Shown: positions 43,222 through 52,006 of the stretch, piece by piece
How positions within the stretch are numbered: position 1 is the first letter of the stretch
How the letters are laid out: each line of letters opens with the position of its first letter
IMG/VR virus record: IMGVR_UViG_3300022602_000077
Location: 7,161-71,160 of that record
Origin: a virus
Taxonomy: Duplodnaviria; Caudoviricetes
Direction: 5' to 3' (one strand)
Length of the DNA stretch: 64,000 bases
Translations under genes and position numbers: made by a program
Notes under the pieces: model-generated
What the model saw: only the letters and a program-made list of their open reading frames with translations
What the model was told of the DNA's origin: nothing
Database searches by the model: none

Positions 43222-44060
43222 TTTATGTAAAAAGAAATATTGTCCAGTGAAAAAGCATCGTTTGCCTCAGTCGGTTCATCGGCTATGTTTGCTACTGTGA
43301 TAACAGTATTACTTCCTGCTGCCGATAAGGCTATCGTTTTTGCACTCCACACTGTTCCTGTCGCCGTATAAAACGCTGTTGAACAATACATGGCGTTTGC
43401 TATTTTTAAACCAGTAATAGTTGCCAGAAACCCGCTAGGCGTTGTGGATGTGGATACTACAACACCTCTTAACTGCACCTCGCCGCTAAAAGGAAAATAT
43501 CGGTATTGCGCCACATTCCCCGCTATTGTTGTTCCTCCTGTCCAGCCACTTCCAAAAGAGGTTATGTTTTTCCACTGCCCAAAAAGCTGTAGTATATTCC
43601 CATAATCACTTGCGCTTGTACCGCTCAAAGTTCCACCTCCACTGGCCCCGCTTGCAAATACCACAAACCGGTTATTATGCACATTGCTTGCCCCTGTCAC
43701 GGTAAAGGTCATTGGGTCGCCGCCCAATGCGTCAGAGTAATGCGATGGCGGCAGGTTTGCCACTACTACATTACCGCCACTAGGCGTGGCAAAGCTGCTG
43801 CCAGGCACCACATAAATTTCCCCATTGTAAAACACCGCTCCTGGGGCTATTGTTGTTGTGCTTCCCGGAGAGATCACCACCACGCTTTCAGCGCACCCCC
43901 AAAGGATATAAACTGTCGAAGTGCTATAGCTGCTGCCTATCATAGCTATGATGGTGGCGTTAAAGCCCTCCTTCCAGCTTTGCTGTAAAAAGTCAATTGT
44001 TCCTGCCGTAAAAAGGGCTATGTTAGGGCTGACGGCTAAACTCAGATCAAGGGTTTTCAT
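43218..44060 (-). CDS. Baseplate-attached tail fibre base protein
   Basis: F..GT.DFLQ.S.KE, ILWGC, TIAPGAVFYNGEIY.V N-terminus; C-terminal W.......GW......QYR...G.VQLRG domain. Confidence 0.7.
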   Translation of the reverse strand: MKTLDLSLAVSPNIALFTAGTIDFLQQSWKEGFNATIIAMIGSSYSTSTVYILWGCAESVVVISPGSTTTIAPGAVFYNGEIYVVPGSSFATPSGGNVVVANLPPSHYSDALGGDPMTFTVTGASNVHNNRFVVFASGASGGGTLSGTSASDYGNILQLFGQWKNITSFGSGWTGGTTIAGNVAQYRYFPFSGEVQLRGVVVSTSTTPSGFLATITGLKIANAMYCSTAFYTATGTVWSAKTIALSAAGSNTVITVANIADEPTEANDAFSLDNISFYIN

Positions 44061-44070
44061 GCTTTTATTT

Positions 44071-44781
44071 TTAGTATGTTGTTATCTGCCAGCCTATGCC
44101 CGCAGGCACAAGACCGGAAACAAATCTGTTAACTACTGCTGTTCTTATCGCTGTTGTTGCCCCCAGGGCTATAAATACCGCAGAGGGAATATGTATCAAA
44201 AATTGATAGCTTGATGCAAGCCCTGTTATAGTCGTTGAGGTAACTCCATAACTGGTTGCGATCGAAGTCACGCTTCCCAAAGTATACCCCACGCTTTCCA
44301 CTCCGAAACTCACGTATACAGGGGCGAGATTGGTAATGAAAATATCGCTGAAAGTTCCACTACCACCATAAGGCGCAGGGTATGGGGGTTGCCTGAATGT
44401 GGTACCGAAATACCGGTTCAGAGCATAAGTCAGCGTTAGGTAAAAACCATTGTATTTTATCCTTTCGGTTACCCCCAAAAAGTTACCGGCTATCTTATAC
44501 CAATATGTCGGAGATGTGCCGGGGTTATTCCCGATATTGCCTGCCTTCAAACTGATGTAAATAGTGAAATTATAAATCACCGGCGCATTGGCCGCATAAG
44601 TAATCCCCGTGTTCCATGCTGGCAAAGGAGTAGTCTGCCGGTAGTATCCAAACCAGTTCCAGTTCCATAATACTCCAAATAGCAAGGATTGCGCAAACAG
44701 AATAAACTTCGTCTGCCGGTATTCAGGCGGAAGTGCGTTTATGGCGTAACTGGCAATATTGTATATTAAAATCCTGATCAT
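44071..44781 (-). CDS. Baseplate wedge protein (gpI-like) with an inserted CBM5/12-like module
   Basis: Follows the J-like gene; AWNTGITYAANAPVIYNFTIYISL..GN..P.TSPTYW insertion. Confidence 0.65.
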   Translation of the reverse strand: MIRILIYNIASYAINALPPEYRQTKFILFAQSLLFGVLWNWNWFGYYRQTTPLPAWNTGITYAANAPVIYNFTIYISLKAGNIGNNPGTSPTYWYKIAGNFLGVTERIKYNGFYLTLTYALNRYFGTTFRQPPYPAPYGGSGTFSDIFITNLAPVYVSFGVESVGYTLGSVTSIATSYGVTSTTITGLASSYQFLIHIPSAVFIALGATTAIRTAVVNRFVSGLVPAGIGWQITTY

Positions 44782-44848
44782 TTTATTATCTTTGTACCAT
44801 TCATAGTAATAAGGTTTAGATAGGCGTGGTTTCTACCTCGCCTTTCTT

Positions 44849-45781
44849 TTATTCGGCCACATAAACCAAACTATTGTTTATCGTATAAGAAGCTGTGTTC
44901 TCGGTAATCATAAACCCTACCCCTATAAGTCCTGAATTATATTCATTACTCGCCCAGGTGTTTGCACTTACCAGGTTGTAGCTTCCGGGTACAAAGGCAG
45001 TTCCGTCGAGCCTTGCGTTTACGTTATTCAGTTCAAAATCTATCACCCCCGGCACCGCTCTTACCGCAGCTATAAGATCAGTGAGTTTCAGCAATCCTAC
45101 CTGGCTCAATCCGCCCGCTACACCTGTTGCCGGTATGGCGGCGAGAAAAGCCTGTATAGCCTGTACAACCGTTCCGTTACTCACTGGTATAAGGGCAGCG
45201 TATTGGCCGTTATAAGTTACTGTGCCCCCTATATAAATATTATCAGGGTTCCCGCTGGTCACGTTTACGGTTATTCCCGGCACACTCAGCAGGTTTGCAT
45301 AGGTCTGTGCTGCCGCCAGCGCCCCGGCCCCGGCATAGGTGTTCAGATCGCCCGGAACGCCATTATTATTGGCAGCAACTTTTATGTGCAAAGTCCCGAA
45401 CGCTCCTGGAACGATAGTGCAATTTGTAATTACCTGATCAGCCGGTATTACTGAAGCGTATCCGGGGGCCAGTGTAGTTGTGTTGAATTCCAAAAGCTGC
45501 GGTGTGGCCGTATTAAATTGAAACAAAAACATCATCGCCTGCCACCAGGTATAAGTCTGAGGGGCTGTCTGCGCTACCTGTGCTTCTACATCACTGGTAA
45601 ACACATCTAATATCTGTTCAAAGAGTACAATGCCCCCCGCTACCGTCCAGAAGAATAGCGCCTGTATGTTATACTGCGACCATTTTGTCGGGTCGGGTAA
45701 AGGGTTCACCCCCGCAGTAGTGCAAGACGCAATGTAATTTGCGACGAGTGAATTGTAAACGGTTTGCTGGTTGCGGGCCAT
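44849..45781 (-). CDS. Baseplate J-like protein
   Basis: MAR....VY..L, WSQY.I..LF...VA, T..WW......FQ, L..PG..V.V.S..PD, D.I.AVRAVPGV.D. Confidence 0.75.
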   Translation of the reverse strand: MARNQQTVYNSLVANYIASCTTAGVNPLPDPTKWSQYNIQALFFWTVAGGIVLFEQILDVFTSDVEAQVAQTAPQTYTWWQAMMFLFQFNTATPQLLEFNTTTLAPGYASVIPADQVITNCTIVPGAFGTLHIKVAANNNGVPGDLNTYAGAGALAAAQTYANLLSVPGITVNVTSGNPDNIYIGGTVTYNGQYAALIPVSNGTVVQAIQAFLAAIPATGVAGGLSQVGLLKLTDLIAAVRAVPGVIDFELNNVNARLDGTAFVPGSYNLVSANTWASNEYNSGLIGVGFMITENTASYTINNSLVYVAE

Positions 45782-45784
45782 AGT

Positions 45785-46900
45785 TTATAATGTTGCGCCA
45801 ATAGGCATACTGGCATTAAACGAAATATTTTGTCCGGGTCGGAACCCGCCATAAATTGTAAAATCAAAAGTTGCGCTTGCATACGGCACACCTACATAGC
45901 TATCCCCATTAAGCATAAAAGGTGTTAGCACGGCGACAGCCGGAGAAACACCTAAAATGGGTATGGTAAGCGTATCGTATTGCAATGGTATCACTGCCCA
46001 ATGCCCTGCCGTAAAAGCCACGTCGCTGTTGGCGATAGTGCATTGATACCCGCTGTTTCCGTAGTTCACTTTGTTCCCCGGCGCATAGCTGGTTCCCGAT
46101 ACCCATTGAGCGTTTCCGTCATGGTTGGTGGCGTATTGCACAGGTATTACCTGGCCGCTTGCCAGTGTTTGCGTTATGGTCGGGTCTGGTGTATCGGTGA
46201 TGAAAACATTTATCTGGCACACTATCCATATATAACTTACCCTGTCGTCGTTTGGCGGAGTGCTGCCATTGTTCCAGCCCATACTTGCCACCAGGCCAAT
46301 AGGCCCTGGCAGCGATATGATTTTTGTCTGATCAGGGTCAAGCGGGCCGCCTTTCAGATCGGTAAATGCGCCTTTAAAATCCAGTATATAATGGTAAAGT
46401 TCAGCGTGTTCCTCGTCCATCTTTTCCTCCCCCTCAGTCAGGCATCCGCTATATAGGGGAAAGAATTGTTCCAATTGCGTTTTAATAAGATCGCGCCAAT
46501 TGAAAATCTCTAAGTTCTGGTCAAGGCCGCCTATAACCTGGTTATTCTGAGCCGCGCCGCCAGCTTCATTATACCCGTCCTGCTGTTCATCTATAAGATG
46601 AATCTTCCAGATCGCATCCGGATACCATGATGTTCCCAGCCCAAGGCTCATTTGTTTCCCCAGCACAAATTCCACATAGGCTACCGGCATTACAGGTTTA
46701 TTACCTCTTTTCTCGGCCCATTGTCTCGGCTGGTTGTTCCATACCGCAAGTGTTTGGAGAAAATGCCCCGGCGCTGGCTTATCGGTAGTTGGTATAAGCC
46801 CATTACTTAAAGTATTGGTATAAGCATTCCAATCAAAAGGAATAGCAGCAAGCCTGTCCAGCACACTGTTAATACTTTTTATGATCATACTCGTTGCCAT
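45785..46900 (-). CDS. Tail terminator/completion-like protein with C-terminal CBM5/12-like module
   Basis: WNNQ.......P..P..YVEF N-terminus; WVSGTSYAPGNKVNYGNSGYQC...FTAGHW. Confidence 0.6.
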   Translation of the reverse strand: MATSMIIKSINSVLDRLAAIPFDWNAYTNTLSNGLIPTTDKPAPGHFLQTLAVWNNQPRQWAEKRGNKPVMPVAYVEFVLGKQMSLGLGTSWYPDAIWKIHLIDEQQDGYNEAGGAAQNNQVIGGLDQNLEIFNWRDLIKTQLEQFFPLYSGCLTEGEEKMDEEHAELYHYILDFKGAFTDLKGGPLDPDQTKIISLPGPIGLVASMGWNNGSTPPNDDRVSYIWIVCQINVFITDTPDPTITQTLASGQVIPVQYATNHDGNAQWVSGTSYAPGNKVNYGNSGYQCTIANSDVAFTAGHWAVIPLQYDTLTIPILGVSPAVAVLTPFMLNGDSYVGVPYASATFDFTIYGGFRPGQNISFNASMPIGATL

Positions 46901-47340
46901 ATCTTTCCCGTTTCTTCTCTTAATATCTTTAATTGCAATCGTTGTAATTCGTCGTTTTGTTTCATAAACGACCTTTTTGGATTGTAGGCATACCCGCCAA
47001 TTGCGCTATCCCCTGTTCCTTCATTGTGGTAATTGCCGTATACCCTGCCTCTGCTATCTGTAGCATCATTTACGAGCAATACCTTATTTGCTGTAACCAA
47101 TCTGATACTGTTTCGGGTACTATTCTTTAAGTTTCCGGTCACGTTAAGAATAGGCAAATTTGCTGTCTTGCTGTTTCTTGTGTAAGGGCTTAAAGGTTCC
47201 CAGGGTACTTTCCCCCACGCCTCTTTATCGAAATTTTTAATGAAATAATCTCTCGTTTCTTTCGCAAGCCTGGTCATTGCCTGTAGCATTACAGTATCAT
47301 GTATTGCAGCCATTTTTGCGAACCCGAACTTACTTGCCAT
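46885..47340 (-). CDS. Virion morphogenesis/neck protein (Mu gpG-like)
   Basis: NF..E.W...PWEPLS..T, IL..TG.L..S, YG.YHNEG, PKR.FM. Confidence 0.75.
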   Translation of the reverse strand: MASKFGFAKMAAIHDTVMLQAMTRLAKETRDYFIKNFDKEAWGKVPWEPLSPYTRNSKTANLPILNVTGNLKNSTRNSIRLVTANKVLLVNDATDSRGRVYGNYHNEGTGDSAIGGYAYNPKRSFMKQNDELQRLQLKILREETGKIWQRV

Positions 47341-47342
47341 AT

Positions 47343-47627
47343 CTATTCGATTATGCCCCAATCCTCTGCAAGCATATCAGTCTGAGATGCCAGCCATCCT
47401 GTTAAAACTTCGCCTGTTGCCGTCAGCATTCTTATACTTCCGAGACAGGGTAACTCATCCCTATCGCCGAAAACAGATAAAAGCATAGGGTCTTTAACCC
47501 ATTCTCTTTTTACCGATGTCGCTGGCAAAAGCCAGAGATACATTCCTTTACCATTCCATCCGGAGCGGCTTACTTTTGCACCTTCTTTAAGTGCTTCGAT
47601 GGCTGCGCCAAAAGTTAGATTATACAT
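47343..47627 (-). CDS. tad2: DUF2829 protein, Tad2-like Thoeris anti-defence sponge
   Basis: LTFGAAIEALKEGAKVSRSGWNGKGMYLWL...GWLASQTDMLAEDW; ATG 47627 preferred. Confidence 0.8.
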   Translation of the reverse strand: MYNLTFGAAIEALKEGAKVSRSGWNGKGMYLWLLPATSVKREWVKDPMLLSVFGDRDELPCLGSIRMLTATGEVLTGWLASQTDMLAEDWGIIE

Positions 47628-47638
47628 ACTATAGGGTT

Positions 47639-47986
47639 TTAGTTTAATTGTACCATTTTCAATTCTTCCCTTTGCCGCTGCCGGTCGTCCAGCTTCCTGG
47701 CCCATGGCGTTCCCACCACAAAAGCGCCGTTCTGCACGATGCTTCCTTTTTGTATATGCACTCCATCAAACACCAATCCTACTTCGCTTTCTACCCTGTC
47801 CTGAGCCCGCTTCCGGATTCCCTCATATATCGCAAAAAGTTCTGGTCGCAGATACAAATCCCTGATCGCTACGCCTCTGTTTCTTTCCAGATTTATCCGG
47901 CTCTGAATCGCTTTCCAAAGCATTTGTTCAGTCTGGCTCAGTTCATCCAGAAAAATACCTTTGATGATTTTGTCGTTAGCATTCAT
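47639..47986 (-). CDS. Hypothetical protein
   Basis: 115-aa ORF in the late operon. Confidence 0.6.
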   Translation of the reverse strand: MNANDKIIKGIFLDELSQTEQMLWKAIQSRINLERNRGVAIRDLYLRPELFAIYEGIRKRAQDRVESEVGLVFDGVHIQKGSIVQNGAFVVGTPWARKLDDRQRQREELKMVQLN

Positions 47987-47997
47987 AGGTTTATATT

Positions 47998-48294
47998 TTA
48001 GGGTAATAATGCCGCCAGTGTGGCGTAGTCTGTTTTATAGTTGTTCCCGGCAGGGCTGCTTCCGTTAAAATCATTGATCTGTCCTATGCTTATCGAAAGA
48101 CTTCCCACATTTTCATGCGTGATGAAAAAAGCATAGCTTGAATTTACAGGGGAGGTTACTATCGGATAAAGTTCTACCCTTAAACCTGTGTTTACAGGGA
48201 AAGAATAGATTTTATTATTGGTGTTATCAAGCACCTCGAGCACCTTGCTTCCCGCAGTGGATACACTTTTGAATGAATATTGTAATGTCGGCAT
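47998..48294 (-). CDS. Hypothetical protein
   Basis: 98-aa ORF in the late operon. Confidence 0.6.
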   Translation of the reverse strand: MPTLQYSFKSVSTAGSKVLEVLDNTNNKIYSFPVNTGLRVELYPIVTSPVNSSYAFFITHENVGSLSISIGQINDFNGSSPAGNNYKTDYATLAALLP

Positions 48295-48298
48295 ATGC

Positions 48299-48466
48299 TT
48301 ATCGTTTTAGTTCCGTAAATGTTTGGTATAGTTCAAGCGTTTCCTTTTTAAAACCCGCACTTAGCATTATTTCATATGTCTTTTTACTGACGAATAATTT
48401 TACCGGTTCTTTTGGACGGGCATCGGCGAGTTTCATTTCTCTTTCGATTATTTCAAAAACGCTCAT
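48299..48466 (-). CDS. Small hypothetical protein, 55 aa (not in ORF track)
   Basis: Manual translation MSVFEIIEREMKLADARPKEPVKLFVSKKTYEIMLSAGFKKETLELYQTFTELKR; start abuts the portal stop. Confidence 0.55.
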   Translation of the reverse strand: MSVFEIIEREMKLADARPKEPVKLFVSKKTYEIMLSAGFKKETLELYQTFTELKR

Positions 48467-49944
48467 CATTGTTTTCCGGGTCTGTTTTTTTCACGCTCTT
48501 TAAAAGGTTTATTAGTTTTTATCGCATCTTTCGGCTCTTTCTTTTCGTTCGGAACTCCTGACTGTTTCAAGCTGTCTGGACTTCCAGCCATAATTGGCAT
48601 ATCTTCTATGCTCCCGGTGGGAAAACCCATAACTTCTTCTATATAATCGTTATCGACTTTTTTACCGGCCTGTGCCAAAGTCATAAATAGCGTACCAGCC
48701 GCCTGGTTCACTTTATTTTTTTCTGCTTGTATCGCCCTTTCCTCCGCATCATTCAGGTAATGTATATATCCGTTCTCAGGCACCGGTATTCCCAGGTTCC
48801 GCAGTTTTGGCAAAAGCAAATCATTAAACACCGGTTCGCAAAACTGCCCGTCTTTGCTTTGTATATCCCTGAGCGCCTGCGCTATCGGTGTGGCCGCTTC
48901 GTCTTCATGCGTAGGGCCACCGGCTACCTGGCTGCTGCCCTGCTTGCCTGGTACGCTGCTTATCGCGTCCTGGTGGCCGAGAAAAAGCTTGCTTATGTCC
49001 CCTTTTACTCTTTGGTCAAAATCATTATAAGCCTTATAACCATTACCCCGGGCGTTGTCAGTCATAAACTCCATCCGCTCGCCCATATCATTCAGCATGA
49101 TATATGCGCTCGAAGCCATGTTCTGCAATGCCTGTTCCCTCTTATCCTGCTCAGGGCCTTCCATAGCATTGGTATATAGCACACGGAGCGGCTGCGCAAA
49201 GAGTTCAATGAAATCAGTATTATACCCCGTGTTATTGCGAAGCAATATTTCAAGATACGCGGCAGGATAAAGAAGCCCATAGCCACAATTACCAATACCG
49301 GTGTCGTTCATTGTGGTAACGAATACATGGAAATCATCAGGAATGCCTTTTTCAAAGCTTTTACCTACAGGTGAGTAGATAAAACTTCCCACTTCTTCCC
49401 TGTCGGGGCTTACATGAAAACGGGTTATGATCGTAGGGTTTAATGGGTGGCAGTCCATTATGCCCGCGTTCTTTTTCTCACTGCCAATATCACCAAGAGA
49501 AATAAGATTATAGCCATAAAAAAGACTGTCCAGCGTATAGTTGACAAAATTGTGCTTGAACCATCTTTTCTGGAAATACTTAGTCCATTCTTCATTGTGG
49601 CTCCCATCCTCGTTGCAGAACTCATACTCCCTCAGTAAGGTCAGGTTCTTGCGCCTTTCCATACAAGCGAAAATGTGCGCGTTAAGCACGGTGTCAAGAA
49701 ATCCCTGTTGCATTTTTACCCGGAAGGGCCACCAGGCTTGTTCCGCCTCGGTTATCCATCCACGCCAGCTATTTATATCCTGCTTTATGCGGGGTATCTG
49801 TATAGGTATGCGGGTATTGGCAAGGTTCCTGTTTTTGTTATAAGAGCCCCCCGCATTGACTTTCGCACCAAGATTTTTCCCGTTGCCTGTTATTGCTGGC
49901 ATCGGGAAAAGGTTATTGATTCTGGTAAGGCTCTGTATACTCAT
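48466..49944 (-). CDS. Portal protein (DUF935/Mu gp29-like)
   Basis: D.VL.AH...C...RK, GYGLLYPAA......N..Y...F.E.F.QPLR, ISKLFLGHQ, D..F.E...N..LLP.L. Confidence 0.88.
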   Translation of the reverse strand: MSIQSLTRINNLFPMPAITGNGKNLGAKVNAGGSYNKNRNLANTRIPIQIPRIKQDINSWRGWITEAEQAWWPFRVKMQQGFLDTVLNAHIFACMERRKNLTLLREYEFCNEDGSHNEEWTKYFQKRWFKHNFVNYTLDSLFYGYNLISLGDIGSEKKNAGIMDCHPLNPTIITRFHVSPDREEVGSFIYSPVGKSFEKGIPDDFHVFVTTMNDTGIGNCGYGLLYPAAYLEILLRNNTGYNTDFIELFAQPLRVLYTNAMEGPEQDKREQALQNMASSAYIMLNDMGERMEFMTDNARGNGYKAYNDFDQRVKGDISKLFLGHQDAISSVPGKQGSSQVAGGPTHEDEAATPIAQALRDIQSKDGQFCEPVFNDLLLPKLRNLGIPVPENGYIHYLNDAEERAIQAEKNKVNQAAGTLFMTLAQAGKKVDNDYIEEVMGFPTGSIEDMPIMAGSPDSLKQSGVPNEKKEPKDAIKTNKPFKEREKNRPGKQ

Positions 49945-50171
49945 TATTCACCTGGGGTTAAAAGTTCACACAGTATTCTTTCATACGCGCCTGCAAAATT
50001 GTCGGCATCCTTACCAGGTATGCCCCGCCATTTGGCGATGAGCCCGGCCAGTTCTGCAATGAATTCTGTCTTTGCATCCGGGTATGAACCAGGCTGCATG
50101 AACCGTTTTATAGGTTCTGCAACATTCAATGTTTCGAATGTTGCTGTAAGTGGTTTTTTCGGTGTTGCCAT
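49944..50171 (-). CDS. Hypothetical protein
   Basis: 75-aa ORF coupled to the portal start (TAATG). Confidence 0.55.
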   Translation of the reverse strand: MATPKKPLTATFETLNVAEPIKRFMQPGSYPDAKTEFIAELAGLIAKWRGIPGKDADNFAGAYERILCELLTPGE

Positions 50172-50181
50172 TTTATAGGGT

Positions 50182-51291
50182 TTAATATGTATTTGATTGT
50201 TTTACTCTGCCTCCGTACCGCACTCTCGTTCCGCTCGGTATCATCTTCAATGGCATAAGTAGTGTGGCCCAGCCATTAGCATAGCCTTTCAGCAATTCAC
50301 AAGCTGCCATATATCTGTCGTCCCATTCCGCACGTTTGAAATTCAGCAGCCCGCTCAGTTTATAGATCGTAATGTCCTTCACACACTCCATTATTTCAGG
50401 CGTTCTGTTATCTCCCTGTATCCAATAGCTGTCATTCGGTAAAAGCGCCCAATTAGCTGGCACAAATGCCCCCGCTGGCGTTGTAGTAGCGGTTATACAC
50501 TGATACGCTGCCCCGTTATAGCTAACTGTGGCACCGACTGCATAGGAAGAACCGGTATTGTAAGCGGCATATATAGGGCAGGCATTGGGTAGAGTACCAG
50601 CAGGTACGCTGTAGGGTGTTGGAACGCTCCAAAACTGGTTAGCATTATTGTTGATTTTATCATCCGGAAAGATGTTTTGATAAGGCACATCCTTATAACT
50701 GATGTACTGGATGATTTCTTCATCCGTAATATCGCAGGTAGCCACTACCGCAGTATATAGACTGCCTTTCCAGAATACCACATCGCCCAGGTTATACATA
50801 CGCTGCGCCCCGCCATTGGCTATATCTATCAGGCTGAATTCCGGAGCGTAGGGATTGGCAAGCGTAGCCGGGTTATATTGGCTTTGATAGGTGCATACAG
50901 GTGGGTAGCCCACATAATATATCGTATACTGAGCCCCAAGGCTCACCCAATGAGCGGGGTTAAAAGTTGCGTCAGCATTGGAAGCCGTACATAGATAACC
51001 AATGCCATTATAAATAACCGTTGAAACATTAATTGTGTAGTTGGTAAGTGTGGCCCAGGCCGGATAATCAATTACTACCCTGTCCCTTACATTGTAAACT
51101 GTAGCCGGGTTCCAGGGCTGCGTAGGTGTGAATTCCTGGTTTACATCATATTTCTGCGTGATCTTTCCCCGTACTATACTTATGGCCCACTGTTCCGCTG
51201 CTGTTCGTTTGGTGTCATTAGCGGCCACCAGTTGCAGGTAAACCCTGTCCTGTATGTTGATTTGGTAATCCTTATAAATCAAATACGCCAT
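50182..51291 (-). CDS. Head-tail adaptor (DUF1320/Mu gp36-like) with about 230-aa insertion of CBM5/12-like repeats
   Basis: N-half YL...DY...I...AE..AI..VRG.I..KYDV; C-half D.R...I.....DI.IY.L....W.DRY..A..LL; internal W....Y..G..V.Y.G..Y.C repeats. Confidence 0.7.
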   Translation of the reverse strand: MAYLIYKDYQINIQDRVYLQLVAANDTKRTAAEQWAISIVRGKITQKYDVNQEFTPTQPWNPATVYNVRDRVVIDYPAWATLTNYTINVSTVIYNGIGYLCTASNADATFNPAHWVSLGAQYTIYYVGYPPVCTYQSQYNPATLANPYAPEFSLIDIANGGAQRMYNLGDVVFWKGSLYTAVVATCDITDEEIIQYISYKDVPYQNIFPDDKINNNANQFWSVPTPYSVPAGTLPNACPIYAAYNTGSSYAVGATVSYNGAAYQCITATTTPAGAFVPANWALLPNDSYWIQGDNRTPEIMECVKDITIYKLSGLLNFKRAEWDDRYMAACELLKGYANGWATLLMPLKMIPSGTRVRYGGRVKQSNTY

Positions 51292-51311
51292 CTAATGCTC
51301 TTAAGCAGTTC

Positions 51312-51333
51312 AGACGGCGCAAAGGCTGTGCGG
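51312..51333 (-). promoter_or_regulatory. 22-nt leader motif shared with the terminase leader
   Basis: AGACGGCGCAAAGGCTGTGCGG (plus strand) identical at 59097-59118. Confidence 0.7.
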
Positions 51334-51394
51334 GAATTATTTTTGTAAAAGTAGTTACTTTTTATTATACTTGCAAAATTTCAAAAAATCCCCT

Positions 51395-52006
51395 ATGCTC
51401 CCCCTAGTCTCAGTAATCACCCCCACCACACACGACCGAGAAGAATTCAACAAACGTATAGAACTCATTTTCGATTCCCAGGACTACCCCGAAAAAGAAC
51501 ACATTATCAACTATTCAGCGTCTCAGCCCCTCGGTCAGAAGATGAATGAAACCATCGCAAAAGCCCGTGGTACTATCATTCTTAACATGGATTCCGATGA
51601 TACCTTCGCCCCCGATTGGATTACCCGCTGTGTTTCAAAATTAATCCGCAACAAAAATGAAGTGGTCGGCCTTCGCACAGCTTATTTTTTCAATCCGGTA
51701 ACCAAAGAACTGTATTACTATTCATACCCCGAAACGGAAAACCACTACCATGGTGGCACAATGTGCCATACAAAAGATTTCTGGCTCCGCAATCCATACC
51801 GTGCATTGCCCATGGGCTACGATTATTATTTCACTGATGGCGCAAAATCCATCGACGTAGACTATTCAGAAGGCTTCATTGCCACCCTTCACCCCGGCAA
51901 TACCAGCCCTAAGAACCTGAATGATGATCGCTGGAAGAAGGTTGAAAATACCCCCAATCATCTACATAGGCTCTTAACTCTTTATCCCCCATTGCCTTTA
52001 CTTTAG
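51395..52006 (+). CDS. Glycosyltransferase family 2
   Basis: PLVSVITPT, QDYP.KE.II, NMDSDD; ATG 51395. Confidence 0.88.
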   Translation: MLPLVSVITPTTHDREEFNKRIELIFDSQDYPEKEHIINYSASQPLGQKMNETIAKARGTIILNMDSDDTFAPDWITRCVSKLIRNKNEVVGLRTAYFFNPVTKELYYYSYPETENHYHGGTMCHTKDFWLRNPYRALPMGYDYYFTDGAKSIDVDYSEGFIATLHPGNTSPKNLNDDRWKKVENTPNHLHRLLTLYPPLPLL

